A stretch of 64,000 nucleotides of DNA, taken from the NCBI GenBank assembly GCA_963778115.1, contig CAVZSV010000004.1, positions 2,848,001 through 2,912,000 of the forward strand. The letters run 5' to 3'. The DNA is from an uncultured delta proteobacterium. Lineage in GTDB: Bacteria; Bdellovibrionota; FAC87; UBA2466. Below the pieces are notes generated by a model, which had not been told where the DNA came from, did not search any database, and saw nothing but the letters and a program-made list of their open reading frames with translations. A program made the position numbers and the translations under genes. The stretch's first letter is position 1; every line of letters starts with the position of its first letter. This document shows positions 9,801-19,348 of this stretch, in pieces.

Positions 9801-11482
9801 CTCAGGCCGTTAACGGAGATTCGAATGGTAAGTTGTATGTCGCCGACTATAGCAATAACCGCGTACTGATTTGGACTTCGACACCGACTACGACGAATCA
9901 GTCCGCCAATGTCGTATTGGGACAGGCGTCGTTTACCACGAATACGGCAAACAACGGGGGAATCTCGGCCAACTCGTTATCCGGCCCCGCGTCAGTGTTT
10001 AGCGACGGAACCCGTCTTTTCGTCGCCGATTACAATAATAATCGTGTTTTAATTTGGAACACCATCCCCAGCTCCTCTAATACTTCCGCCAATGTCGTTA
10101 TAGGACAGACAGGCTATACGGCCACGACCGCGAATAACGGCGGGATTGGATGTAATACTTTGAATGGCCCCACGGGGGCTTATAGTGACGGCACACATCT
10201 TTGGATCGCTGATAACGGAAACAATCGCGTTCTGGCGTTTAACGCGATACCAACCACGTCAGGCATGACGGCGGATTTCGTCTTGGGCCAAAATAGCTGT
10301 ACGGGTCATTCGAAGGGTACGGTCAACGGAAAGAAAATGAACGCTCCGCGATCAGTGCATGGGCACAGCACTTATCTTTATGTAGCAGACAGTGGAAATA
10401 ATCGGGTCTTGGTGTGGACTACACTTCCGACGTCCTCGGGGACTACGGCAACTTTTGTACTAGGGCAGCCAAGTACCACGGTGAATACCGCGAATAATGG
10501 CGGGATATCCGGACAAACTCTGAGTCAGCCCATGGGAGTATTTACGGACGGCACCCGCCTCTTTGTCTCCGACTATAGTAACAATCGGGTTTTGGAGTGG
10601 ACCTCTATTCCAGGTGGAACAGATCAGACAGCTAATCTTGTTTTGGGCCAACCGAACCTAGCCTCATCTACGGCGAATAACGGGGGCATTAGCGCAACGA
10701 GTCTGTTTTTCCCATCGCAATTGTATGCGGATGGGTCAAGACTCTGGACTGCCGATTACGACAACAACCGGATCTTGGTTACGAGTTATAGCGCTGTTTT
10801 GACCGCCAATGTTTCTAGCTATAGCTTTGGATTCGTGGGAATTAACACCACCGCGACGGAAACCTTCACCATTACTAATAGTGGGGTGGGAAGTGCTACG
10901 TCCGTGGCCGTGGGAACTCCGACCTTGAATGCGCCTTTTAGTTTCGCTGGAGGAAGTTTCCCAGGAACGGGAGGATCGTGTGGTACCACGATAAGTGGTC
11001 AGTCCAGCTGTACGATCGTGATAAGCGCCAATCCTACTGTCGACTATGAGAATTTTTCCGATACGGTTCGGGTGAGTTACAACGACGGCACGAATACCAA
11101 GTATGTAGCAATAGCAGTGTCCGCAAGTACCATCCCCTTGGCCGTCCTCACCATTACGAATAGCTCTCCCGTAAATTTTGGAACGGTCGTACACAACTCG
11201 GCAACCCAAGCGGAAAGCATTAACGTGTCTAATGCTTCCGGCGTCACCGCGAGCTTTTTGTCAGGAGCAAGCTTGGCAGCTCCTTACACGTACACGGGTG
11301 GTAGCTATCCGGGAGTGGGAGGAACCTGCGGGACGGTTCTTGATACGGGAAGCACTTGTACCGTAAATATCACTTTTACTCCAACGACCACAGGAACGCT
11401 CACGGGAACGTTTACTTTGGACTACGACAATCATGCCGCTTCCACGTCGGTAGCAGTGGGCCTCACTGGGACGGGAAGTTAA
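6830..11482 (+). CDS. Large secreted adhesin-like protein: Ig-like (choice-of-anchor-D-like and Big_2-like) domains plus 12 NHL-type repeats
   Basis: Signal peptide; 12 repeats of about 60 aa with L(Y/F)VADxxNNRVLxW; three GGxCGTTL..SCT(V/I)x(I/V) Ig domains; LSSIALTP..TATATYSDNSTQNVT Big_2-like domain. Confidence 0.9.
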   Translation: MRQPGMNRFKYISFILIIAALGGIFISAFAYAETQTSVNLTIPELFTGNSGAFNSASQTGPVADTSGNATYNYNGTMSFVMTAASGRYSGDVGNTYYGIAMGPYQVFRSFLTQNYFTVGSSSTECPSTTTYNYMNFRVRTKDAPRSSMNAENTGPTINTGFIAGGTLTYNPSIANVAVVNTTFDLGGTVSGAAPNVTLSPNSNYGLINSTECSNGQLNVLATSSTTNYVLDQYGTFYFGDDSFMYFSGDGNPLVSLGVPAQTLTTASMSALTNQVFSGLYTDYLNDGSNSTVAAQTQQNVFLVPVSGGTTFTINTSNSLTNPSSYTNYGSISCTTINSPSAGYCSGTISLVSAPGHYGNAVCMLSTATPDSMLTCIAQDPADNTRPITIISHVPAKALLSVSVPAAAASVTGPSGSTTITATLQNMTGQAITGLSNPSSGTLDLAAPFSDTGAFAGTGGTCGTTLAGYASCTVTITFAPTAVGTYSQVFRVAYNDNYFGVVNATATIVGVSGLSSIALTPTTSSFAAGTSVQYTATATYSDNSTQNVTSAVQWSVSGTDATVNATGTVSFTTNGSTTITAGLGPTITGTQSVTESGGSIQDLGQSTPTGLDAATYGLNAPGYGRIQSGQFFASDTSNNRVLIYNSTPTSNEQQPDLVEGQQDFNDHNVNSGLSSPTALTMSGPSGVDTDGTYLVVADSGNNRVLIWNSIPSDNDVAPDVVLGQTGFTYSSPNQGLGTANGTTLSNPTGVAISGGVLYVSDTGNNRVLVWTTIPTSYAQTANFVLGQPDTLSSTANNGGISGTSLSSPQGLQVQNTDLLVADTGNNRVLVWTTLPTVSTTSANFALGQPSTTTATANNPGKNGKGMNGPTDVDTDGTRVYVADYGNNRILEWSSFPSSSGQTANYALGQTSTTAATANNGGISAQSLSGPHGVATDGTNVIAADLGNNRLLLWTSVPAASHTTANIELGQPNMTSSTANNQGTPTISNMDLPQAVNGDSNGKLYVADYSNNRVLIWTSTPTTTNQSANVVLGQASFTTNTANNGGISANSLSGPASVFSDGTRLFVADYNNNRVLIWNTIPSSSNTSANVVIGQTGYTATTANNGGIGCNTLNGPTGAYSDGTHLWIADNGNNRVLAFNAIPTTSGMTADFVLGQNSCTGHSKGTVNGKKMNAPRSVHGHSTYLYVADSGNNRVLVWTTLPTSSGTTATFVLGQPSTTVNTANNGGISGQTLSQPMGVFTDGTRLFVSDYSNNRVLEWTSIPGGTDQTANLVLGQPNLASSTANNGGISATSLFFPSQLYADGSRLWTADYDNNRILVTSYSAVLTANVSSYSFGFVGINTTATETFTITNSGVGSATSVAVGTPTLNAPFSFAGGSFPGTGGSCGTTISGQSSCTIVISANPTVDYENFSDTVRVSYNDGTNTKYVAIAVSASTIPLAVLTITNSSPVNFGTVVHNSATQAESINVSNASGVTASFLSGASLAAPYTYTGGSYPGVGGTCGTVLDTGSTCTVNITFTPTTTGTLTGTFTLDYDNHAASTSVAVGLTGTGS

Positions 11483-11653
11483 CTTTTTGCTTCGCGAAAT
11501 AATATGTGCTCACGCTCATGTCTAGGACCGGTACGTGAACTCTCCCCTTGTCGTAGGCCTAATCACCTGCTTATTCGATGTGCCGTTTAGTACGGTTATC
11601 AGTCGACATAATCCATAGCGTTAACAAATGGTGACGCTAAGTACCCAAGCACA

Positions 11654-11688
11654 TTGACGCTCCGAATTGGCTTCCCTAACGTGAAGTC
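11654..11688 (+). promoter_or_regulatory. sigma70 promoter, probably leaderless transcript
   Basis: TTGACG-N17-TAACGT, 6 nt before ATG 11689, no SD sequence. Confidence 0.6.
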
Positions 11689-12765
11689 ATGGGTTGGGGG
11701 CTTTTTGATCGTTTGGGGAATTGGATAGGTTATTTCTGCCTTGGGTTGGGGCTAGGAGGTATCTCTATCCCGTCAATATGCTTAGCGGATATCGTCATTT
11801 CGCATGTGACCGATCTGTATCCTATTGAAGTGGGCGAAGGCCACCTCGTACATGCGGGAGTGCTGTGGGAGGCACGCAACGCCCTGGGAAATATTGACCG
11901 GATTCATCATCTTGAAATGTATGATCCCCTCGATCTGGAGCTTCTAACCATAGTGACGTTGCCGCATTCGGTGGAACAAATCTATCCTTTTGGAAACGAT
12001 GCCGTTCTTGTGGTGGGCCGTCGTTATCATAACGAATGGCAGACCGCCTATTCCGTCGTTACTAAGAACGCGCCTTCTCATTTCCACACTACGTGGCTTC
12101 CCATAACTCTTTTAACCGAATTTTTTGCGGGAGAACCGGGCCGCCTCTTCTTCAATGAAGTGGGCTCGGGAACCATCTCGAAGGTTTCGGGGAACGTGGT
12201 CATCCCCATTGCGACCCATGTCAATAGCCCCGGAAAGATGGTCGTATGGGACCATTGGCTTTTTGCGATTGAAAGAAATTCGATTGATCCCGGAGATGAA
12301 AACGTAATCCGGATTGATCTTAAGACTGGCCACGTGGATCGAACGTTCGTGAATGTCCGAAATAATCTATCGAATCTCATCGCACTTGGTGACGGGACCA
12401 TCGCGGTGTCGGAAACCTGGGCAAATCAGCTCTTGGTCATCGACGCTAAGACGAATACCCTTAAAGCAACGCTACCCGCCCCCACGGAGCCTCGGGGACT
12501 TACTTTATACGGACACTGTGTCGTCACTTTTTCGATGGATTCGAAAATACTCTCCTTCTTCGACATTCCGTCATTGAAACCGGTCACCCAGTGGAATCTC
12601 TCGGGCTTGGATTCCCGTTACGAAAATAACCGAGATCTTACCGTCGACGAAACCACCGGGCGCTTTTTTCTAAGATCCGTTTTCGCAAGCGATCTTGATG
12701 ACGCCCTTACCGGTGTCTTTGCTATCGATAATACCGACGCTAACGCTTTAGCCGGATGCCGATAA
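11689..12765 (+). CDS. YncE/YVTN-like beta-propeller secreted protein
   Basis: Signal-like N-terminus; VSETWANQLLVIDAKTNTLKATLPAPTEPRGL and VIRIDLKTG repeat motifs. Confidence 0.75.
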   Translation: MGWGLFDRLGNWIGYFCLGLGLGGISIPSICLADIVISHVTDLYPIEVGEGHLVHAGVLWEARNALGNIDRIHHLEMYDPLDLELLTIVTLPHSVEQIYPFGNDAVLVVGRRYHNEWQTAYSVVTKNAPSHFHTTWLPITLLTEFFAGEPGRLFFNEVGSGTISKVSGNVVIPIATHVNSPGKMVVWDHWLFAIERNSIDPGDENVIRIDLKTGHVDRTFVNVRNNLSNLIALGDGTIAVSETWANQLLVIDAKTNTLKATLPAPTEPRGLTLYGHCVVTFSMDSKILSFFDIPSLKPVTQWNLSGLDSRYENNRDLTVDETTGRFFLRSVFASDLDDALTGVFAIDNTDANALAGCR

Positions 12766-12776
12766 GGGGCAGGGTA

Positions 12777-13160
12777 TTACTTCACCCGGTGATAGACGTA
12801 ATTTTCCGTGTAGTCTTTTAAATCACATCCGCTTCCAGAGGCCTGAATCTGAATCTCATCATCGCTAATTCGAGTTGCGATACCCACCAGGTACATTACG
12901 CATCCCGTGGCTAATTGAGTCCGCTCAAATTCAAGCCCTGCCCAACGCCCGGTGGCACGACCGTGGATCTCATGACGGTATACGCCGTTATCTTCACCAC
13001 CGGTAATTTCATCCGTCTGTTGCGACAAATTCCATGTCAACCCATCGACATCGCGTTTCCAGCTTCCTGAAAAATTGGCGCAGTCATCGGCAATTAGCGA
13101 AGCCGCCCCCAAAAGTAGAATTAGTGCCAGCCACTTAGCTCCATTTGATTTGATAGCCAT
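12777..13160 (-). CDS. Small secreted beta-barrel-like hypothetical protein
   Basis: GAGGAG RBS; signal peptide; NFSGSW motif; three Cys. Confidence 0.75.
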   Translation of the reverse strand: MAIKSNGAKWLALILLLGAASLIADDCANFSGSWKRDVDGLTWNLSQQTDEITGGEDNGVYRHEIHGRATGRWAGLEFERTQLATGCVMYLVGIATRISDDEIQIQASGSGCDLKDYTENYVYHRVK

Positions 13161-13237
13161 TCTTTTCTCCTCGGTTTTTCACCAAGGGCTCATTATGGAA
13201 CCAATCAAAAAGAACGGTTAGCGGGGTGCTCCATAGG

Positions 13238-15859
13238 TCAGTTGTAGCCGTATCGTCTAATGAACCAATTCTTCACGATCTGAGTGAGCACGCAATACGA
13301 TAGCAGAATCGCAACAAGCCAAGCGAAGTAATTAAGCGGTAAAGGAACAAATCCTAAAGCACTTCCCAACCGGGAAAAGGGAAGCCACAACCCTAGCGCC
13401 ATCGCAAAGAACGTCGTTAGTAAAAGGGGAACCGAAGCCCTGCTTTGGATAAACGGAATTTGTCGGGTGCGGATCATGTGAACGATGAGCGTTTGAGATA
13501 AGAGACCTTCGACGAACCATCCAGATTGAAAGAGACTTTGAACTTCAGGGTGGTTCGCTTTGAAATAAAACCACATAAGAGCAAACGTGGCGTAATCGAA
13601 GATAGAACTGATAGGCCCCATGAATAGCATAAATCTCGCGATATCGTCGATTTCCCATCGTCGGGGTTTTTCCAGATATTCAGCGTCCACTTGATCGAGG
13701 GGAATTCCTACTTGAGAAAAGTCGTAAAGCAAGTTTTGAGTGAGTAATTGAACCGGCCTCAGGGGGAGAAAGGGCAAAACGGAGCTAGCGCCCAGCATGC
13801 TAAAAACATTCCCGAAGTTAGAGCTGGCTCCCATCTTTATGTACTTAATGATGTTTCCAAAGACTTTGCGCCCTTCGATGACTCCTTGCTCCAGAACCAG
13901 AAGATCCTTTTCCAATAAAATGATATCGGCGGATTCTTTGGCGATGTCCACCGCGTTGTTGACAGAAATTCCGACATCCGCGGAATTTAGGGCAGGAGCG
14001 TCGTTAATCCCATCACCCATAAAACCCACCACATGGCCGCTCTCGCGGAGTGCTCGAATAATTCTTTGCTTTTGATCGGGGGTGAGCTTGGCGAAAATAT
14101 TCTTGGTGCTGACGACTTGCTGAAGTGCCTTGTCATTGAGATGCACAAGCTCCGATCCAAGTAGCGTTCCTACAACGGGGAGCCCTACTTCTCTTGCCAC
14201 CTTTTCCGTAACCCGTTCATTATCTCCGGTTAGAATCTTTACCGTAACTCCGTACTTCGCCAAAGCCTCCAGGGCCTGTCGCGCACTTTCTTTGGCGGGA
14301 GGATCGAGGAAAGCGACGTATCCGATCAGACAAAGGTCCTGCTCGTCAGCAAGTTCGCAATTTTGACCCGCTTCTGGCATCTCGCGAGTGGCGATCGCCA
14401 AGACTCGAAATCCGCGATCGTTAAGAGCTTTGGCAGTCGCGTAATACTTTGCGATTTGGTCGTCAGGGGCGAGCGCCAAAATTTGATTTCCTATTTGCAC
14501 GTGCGTACAGAGTTCAAGCACCTCTTCGACCGCTCCTTTGCAAATGAGCAAGTGATGTTTTTCGTGGTCTTTCACCAGAACCGACATTCGTTTTCTAGAG
14601 AAATCGAAAGGGATTTCGTCGATTAACGTGTGGGTTTCGCTTACCTTCTCTGAGTACTGGGATTCAGCATGGCCGATTAACGCCAGATCTAAAAAGTTCT
14701 TTAGACCGGTTTGGAAGAAGCTATTTAGCCATGCCGCTCTAAGAACGCCACTCGATTCGTTACCCATGGGATCGAAGGCTCCTCCGAAGACCATGAGATC
14801 TTCGGTTAAGGTTCCTGTTTTATCGGTACAAAGGACATCCATGGCTCCAAAATTTTGGATAGAGTTAAGTCGCTTGATGATCACTTTCTTCTTAGAAAGC
14901 GAGAGCGCCCCTTTGGCTAGATTAACCGTAACGATCATGGGAAGCATCTCTGGTGTGAGTCCCACCGCGATAGCAACGGCGAAAAGAAAAGCGTCCGACC
15001 AGTTTCCTTTGGTAAAACCGTTAATAAGAAACACCAGGGGAACCATCACCGCCATGAATCGGAGCATCAACTTGGTGAATCGGTGAATGCCTCTTTCGAA
15101 ACTGGTCTCCACCCGAGTTCCCAGAATACTTTTGGCGATGGATCCGAAGTAGGTCTCTTGACCGGTGTGTAAGACGATAGCTAGGGCCGAGCCGCTTACG
15201 ATGTTACTTCCCATGAAGCAAATGTTCTTCAGTTCTGGAAGCGATTTCATCGAATCGTTATCTAAGTCGGAAGACTTTTCGACGGGATGAGACTCACCGG
15301 TTAGGGCTGACTGGCTTACGGTAAGTAGCTTAGAGGAGATTAGGCGTACATCGGCCGGAACCATATCTCCCGCCGATAAATGAACGAGATCGCCTGGGAC
15401 TAACTCTGAAAGAGGCAGCTCCTGTTTTACCGGTCCGTGTTGGGAACGAGTCACCGAAACATTAGTACTAACCATCGCCCGGAGCCTTTCGGCGGCTCGG
15501 CTGGAGCGTAATTCTTGGGCGAAGGTCATCACGACACTAAGAACGACCATGGTCGCCATAAGGCCGGCACCGGTCAGATCATCGGTGAGATAGGAGACCA
15601 GGGCTAAGGTGCAGATGAGATAGTTAAAAGGGTTCTTAAAAGCTTTGATCAAAAGCTTAGAAGCCGACGATGTTTCTTCCTTGGCGACTTCGTTGGGGCC
15701 AAACCGCTCCCTGAGATCTTCTACCTGCGACGAAGTCAGTCCTTGGGGAGAACTTCCCAAGGAGATATACAGGGCATCCGCCGGTTTCTGAGCAGCCCGA
15801 AACAATTGTCGGGCGTGCCGGTAAGTAAATTCCGCCGTCGATTTAGCCGGAAACGCCAT
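13238..15859 (-). CDS. mgtA: Magnesium-translocating P-type ATPase
   Basis: TGES, AVGLTPEMLP, DKTGTLT, GDGINDAPAL, SSNFGN, QNLLYD, FQSGWFVEGLLSQTL; start taken at ATG 15859. Confidence 0.97.
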   Translation of the reverse strand: MAFPAKSTAEFTYRHARQLFRAAQKPADALYISLGSSPQGLTSSQVEDLRERFGPNEVAKEETSSASKLLIKAFKNPFNYLICTLALVSYLTDDLTGAGLMATMVVLSVVMTFAQELRSSRAAERLRAMVSTNVSVTRSQHGPVKQELPLSELVPGDLVHLSAGDMVPADVRLISSKLLTVSQSALTGESHPVEKSSDLDNDSMKSLPELKNICFMGSNIVSGSALAIVLHTGQETYFGSIAKSILGTRVETSFERGIHRFTKLMLRFMAVMVPLVFLINGFTKGNWSDAFLFAVAIAVGLTPEMLPMIVTVNLAKGALSLSKKKVIIKRLNSIQNFGAMDVLCTDKTGTLTEDLMVFGGAFDPMGNESSGVLRAAWLNSFFQTGLKNFLDLALIGHAESQYSEKVSETHTLIDEIPFDFSRKRMSVLVKDHEKHHLLICKGAVEEVLELCTHVQIGNQILALAPDDQIAKYYATAKALNDRGFRVLAIATREMPEAGQNCELADEQDLCLIGYVAFLDPPAKESARQALEALAKYGVTVKILTGDNERVTEKVAREVGLPVVGTLLGSELVHLNDKALQQVVSTKNIFAKLTPDQKQRIIRALRESGHVVGFMGDGINDAPALNSADVGISVNNAVDIAKESADIILLEKDLLVLEQGVIEGRKVFGNIIKYIKMGASSNFGNVFSMLGASSVLPFLPLRPVQLLTQNLLYDFSQVGIPLDQVDAEYLEKPRRWEIDDIARFMLFMGPISSIFDYATFALMWFYFKANHPEVQSLFQSGWFVEGLLSQTLIVHMIRTRQIPFIQSRASVPLLLTTFFAMALGLWLPFSRLGSALGFVPLPLNYFAWLVAILLSYCVLTQIVKNWFIRRYGYN

Positions 15860-15975
15860 GCCCCCATCGTAACCCAACGAAACCGAAACGGCGCATAAGA
15901 ATATGACGGGGAGTTAAAAACTTCTTGGAGAAGCAAAGTATCCTTACAATCTCAGTCGTTACTTTTTTTGCCCAG

Positions 15976-16374
15976 CTAATTATTGAGGGCTCCGGCATCA
16001 ATCCAATCGGCGATGGCGGTAATCTCATCGGCGCTGAGATCGGGCCCTTTGGGCGGCATCAGGCTTTTTGAAACCGCTCGGTACAGAGGACTGGTGGTAG
16101 CCGATCCCGCAAAGACCACTTTCGCGTTCATGACATTGGTATAGGTCGTCAGATCTACCGACCCTGCCGGGGTCTTTCCTGAGTGACATTGTGTGCAATA
16201 GACGGAAAAGATAGTCGTTTCCAAAGACGTAAAGGTGGGTGTCGTGGTGTCTAAAGCACCCTGCGGGTCGCTATTATTAGCTTTGGCTTGTGTCGTCAAA
16301 GCTAATGCTAAGAGTAACGCCAAAGATAACCGCCGTCTCAGGGTAACAAATGTTCTCATAATGATCGTCATCAT
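15976..16374 (-). CDS. Secreted mono-haem c-type cytochrome (PSCyt1 'planctomycete cytochrome c'-like)
   Basis: CTQCH, MPPKG, LSADEITAIADWIDAGALNN; AAGGAGG RBS before ATG 16374. Confidence 0.88.
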   Translation of the reverse strand: MMTIIMRTFVTLRRRLSLALLLALALTTQAKANNSDPQGALDTTTPTFTSLETTIFSVYCTQCHSGKTPAGSVDLTTYTNVMNAKVVFAGSATTSPLYRAVSKSLMPPKGPDLSADEITAIADWIDAGALNN

Positions 16375-16428
16375 CTCTATCCTCCTTAGTAGATTTGCTA
16401 ATTTGTAAGGCAAGTGAAGGGCTTTCGC

Positions 16429-16446
16429 ATGAGTCATATGACTCAT
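16429..16446. promoter_or_regulatory. Perfect 18-bp palindromic operator
   Basis: ATGAGTCATATGACTCAT between the divergent cytochrome c and membrane LuxR genes. Confidence 0.7.
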
Positions 16447-16498
16447 TCAAAAACGGCTTCTTATTTCGGTCGCTTAAACGAAACCAAGGAGTAAAGGA

Positions 16499-16990
16499 AT
16501 GGGGCGCTTAAAGCCTGTGATCGACAAAGAACTTTCAGTGCTCGTCGTGTTGCTCGTCGTCATTCTCGTAGCAGACTGTGTTTCGAGCAGAGGGATCGTT
16601 AGTGCGGGTGCGTCTTTAGGCCTTGTTTATCTCGGTCTTTGGCTCGGTCCTCGGCGGTTTAGGATGGAGTCAAAACGCACCGGTGACATTAAAGCCCTAC
16701 AGACGCAGTGGCAAATCCGCCATGAAAACCTAACGCGCGGTCTTGGAGAGGTAATCGACGAGCAATTAAGATCTTGGCAATTTACTCCTGCGGAAAGAGA
16801 AGTGGCTTCGTTACTCTTAAAAGGGCTGGGCATTAAAGAGATCGCCTCGATCCGACGTACTTCAGAGCGAACGGCGCGACAGCAATGCCTTTCCATTTAT
16901 GCCAAGTCGGGCGTCAGTGGACGAGCCGAACTTTCGGCGTTTTTTTTAGAAGACCTTTTATTGCCCCTTACTCCGGGCAGATCGTATTAG
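16499..16990 (+). CDS. Membrane-anchored LuxR-family HTH regulator
   Basis: Two N-terminal hydrophobic segments; FTPAEREVASLLLKGLGIKEIASIR..ERTARQQ..IYAKSGVSGRAEL. Confidence 0.9.
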   Translation: MGRLKPVIDKELSVLVVLLVVILVADCVSSRGIVSAGASLGLVYLGLWLGPRRFRMESKRTGDIKALQTQWQIRHENLTRGLGEVIDEQLRSWQFTPAEREVASLLLKGLGIKEIASIRRTSERTARQQCLSIYAKSGVSGRAELSAFFLEDLLLPLTPGRSY

Positions 16991-18009
16991 TCCAGGCTAT
17001 CGATAACGGACTGTCCTGAGGTTCCAGGCAAACGTGGCATAGTCTGTTCGATAAAATCTCCCTCTAGAGTCTTCATGAATTCCACGATGTCGGCCACCTG
17101 CTGGTCAGTGAGATCAATATTGAGTTGTGTCTTTCCCATGACCCGAACGGCTTCGGGCAAAGTGGTCACAGAACCATTATGGAAATAGGGGGCCGTTAGC
17201 GTGATATTTCTCCAGGTTTGTATTCGGAAGTTATGCTCCCCGTCTCCACTATCATCAGTAAGTTTATACTTGGCGATGTAATCATTATCGGTGAAGGTCG
17301 GGAAGAGTTCTAGCCCTCCGGAAGCGTTAAAGTTCGCACCACTATGACATTGAATACAACCAACGCTCTTAGCGGTATTCATCCCTTGAATGGCTTGTGC
17401 TGAAATAGCAGATGCGTCTCCGTTAACATAACGATCGTAAGGACTGTTGGGAGTCAGCAAGGTTCGCTCATAGGATGCTATCGCTTTTGCGACGTCATCG
17501 ATAGTAATCGTACTGTCGTTAGGGAACACGCTTTTAAACTCCGTAACGTAACCGGGAATCTGAGCGAGACGAGCCACCACGGCATCGTTGCTATCCATTC
17601 CCATCTCTTTGGGATTGGTCAAAGGGCCCATGGCCTGAGCTTCCAGTGAATTCGCCCGTCCATCCCAAAATTGTACTTTATTGAAAGCTGCATTGAAGAC
17701 AGTAGGGGCGGAACGGACTCCTTTTTGTCCACTGATTCCCACTGAGACGGCTCGATTATCGGTGCCTCCCCCCATGACGGTATGACAGGAATTACAGGAT
17801 ACGGTTCCGTCTTTCGAAAGCCGTGCGTCGAAAAAAAGTTCCTTCCCCAAATGGATTTTCGCATCGGTTTGGGGATTGTCTGTGGGTATGGGGGGTGTTA
17901 CGGGAAGGGCAGGCCAGGGAGGTGCCGCTCCTTTCGCGGAGTACGAAGACAGTAGAACTCCCCCGATAAAAACTAAAATGAACTTTGGAAATGCAATTTG
18001 TTTAACCAT
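16987..18009 (-). CDS. Di-haem cytochrome c peroxidase (CcpA/MauG family)
   Basis: LGKELFFDARLS, CNSCH, FWDGRA, NPKEM, CIQCH, TAPYFHNGS; GGGGAG RBS before ATG 18009. Confidence 0.95.
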   Translation of the reverse strand: MVKQIAFPKFILVFIGGVLLSSYSAKGAAPPWPALPVTPPIPTDNPQTDAKIHLGKELFFDARLSKDGTVSCNSCHTVMGGGTDNRAVSVGISGQKGVRSAPTVFNAAFNKVQFWDGRANSLEAQAMGPLTNPKEMGMDSNDAVVARLAQIPGYVTEFKSVFPNDSTITIDDVAKAIASYERTLLTPNSPYDRYVNGDASAISAQAIQGMNTAKSVGCIQCHSGANFNASGGLELFPTFTDNDYIAKYKLTDDSGDGEHNFRIQTWRNITLTAPYFHNGSVTTLPEAVRVMGKTQLNIDLTDQQVADIVEFMKTLEGDFIEQTMPRLPGTSGQSVIDSLD

Positions 18010-18059
18010 GAAATCTCCCCTTGCACCCATCATGCTCGACACTGGGCGCAAGGCACAAC

Positions 18060-18129
18060 GCAAGAATTGATTACTCTCAAGTTAAGTCCAAATTACCGAT
18101 CACGGATTCTGGGAGGTAGCTGCGCTTAA
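18060..18129. promoter_or_regulatory. Three LysR-box-like sites between the peroxidase gene and lysR
   Basis: GCAAG-N5-ATTAC (18060), TTAAG-N5-ATTAC (18082), GGTAG-N5-CTTAA (18115); spacings 22 and 33 bp. Confidence 0.45.
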
Positions 18130-18327
18130 CGGAGCATCAACTAAAACTATTCTGGCCTGGTGCAACGTGCGTCTTTAGGATGAAAGCACATAGAGGACCA
18201 GAAATTGACTTATCGACGCGCCAATCAGATAAAAGGCTCTGAGTTAGATGGCTTTGGGCTTAAGCACTCCAGATGTCGTGGAAGCTTCTCACTCAATGGG
18301 TTTTGCGGCAGACGTGGGGATCGTAGT

Positions 18328-19296
18328 TTGACAGACCAAAACGAAATTGCGGAACTTGAGGATGAGATCGGCGAGATCGGCCAGATCGACCAGCTCGGCC
18401 AAATTGCTCAATTGCGAAAACTTTGGATCTTAGACTTAGTTGTTCGTCACGGAGGTTTTCAAAAAGCGGCGTTGCAAGCCAAAGTGACTCGTTCGGCGAT
18501 CTCTCAGTCGATTTCTCAGCTTGAGAAAGTTCATGGCAAATCTCTTATTATCAGAGAACGCGGGGGAGTTAAGGCAACGCAATATTGTCTTGATGTTTTG
18601 GCTAAAGCGAAGCCGATTTTAGATTCTTTGGCGACATTGGAACCAACGCATCAAAAAATTCCAAAAATGGCGTGGATCGATTTGGGGGCTTTCGAAACCC
18701 TAGCTATCGCTATCATGCCGCAACTTCTTAGAGTCCTCGAAGAGAAATGCCCGGGGATCAAAGTAACGGTGAAGGTAGGAAGAAGTGGAAAACTAGCGAC
18801 GATGGTTCGCAAAGGCGAGCTTTGTAGTGCTTTTGTCATCGAAAACGATCTTTTGAATGGGTTGACCGTTATCCCTGTTGCCGAAGACCGACTCGGACTT
18901 TTTGTATCGGCCACACTTCCCAAAACTTTCCATTCCCTTGAAGGGATTGCAGGACTTCCTTTGGGCGCAATGTCTCCAGGTCCCGACGGCCAGCCTCTGT
19001 ACCTTACCAAATTTACGAAAGCGCTTAATCTTACCAAAAAAGTTTCTTTTTCCAGCGACAGTGTCGAAGCGCTTTTCGCGGCGGCTCGACACGGCTCGAT
19101 TGCTGCTATCTTACCTGCAAGAGTCGCGCAAAGAGAGTCGGCCGATCTCCTCGAGATAACACCTCCAGAGATGATAAAAAAGAGATTGGGACTTCATAAG
19201 ATTTGTCTGATAAGCCAGAAGAACTGCGATCCTGAAGAGAATGATTTTCTGGCAAGAGAGATCGGCCTTCTATTGAATCTCGATGGAGATAACTAA
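18328..19296 (+). CDS. LysR-family transcriptional regulator
   Basis: HTH VVRHGGFQKAALQAKVTRSAISQSISQLEK; substrate-binding domain; start uncertain (TTG 18328 after GGGGA). Confidence 0.92.
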   Translation: MTDQNEIAELEDEIGEIGQIDQLGQIAQLRKLWILDLVVRHGGFQKAALQAKVTRSAISQSISQLEKVHGKSLIIRERGGVKATQYCLDVLAKAKPILDSLATLEPTHQKIPKMAWIDLGAFETLAIAIMPQLLRVLEEKCPGIKVTVKVGRSGKLATMVRKGELCSAFVIENDLLNGLTVIPVAEDRLGLFVSATLPKTFHSLEGIAGLPLGAMSPGPDGQPLYLTKFTKALNLTKKVSFSSDSVEALFAAARHGSIAAILPARVAQRESADLLEITPPEMIKKRLGLHKICLISQKNCDPEENDFLAREIGLLLNLDGDN

Positions 19297-19340
19297 GCTC
19301 CTCGCAATGACTTACGTGTCACTGCGAGGAGCGAAGCCGC
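19297..19340. repeat. Palindromic element / bidirectional terminator between convergent genes
   Basis: GCTCCTCGCAATGAC-N6-GTCACTGCGAGGAGC, 15-bp stem with one mismatch. Confidence 0.7.
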
Positions 19341-19348
19341 TTAGCCGC

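Noticed and set aside
8700..10790. About 180-bp periodic repeats as a CRISPR or other DNA array
   Set aside because: They are in-frame protein repeats with synonymous divergence; no constant repeat-spacer pattern and no cas genes
15860..15975. Mg-sensing leader (M-box or mgtL) before mgtA
   Set aside because: Short gap, no recognisable motif, and a -10-like hexamer 6 nt from the ATG
18328..19296. OxyR assignment for the LysR regulator
   Set aside because: No OxyR-type GHC..C redox motif
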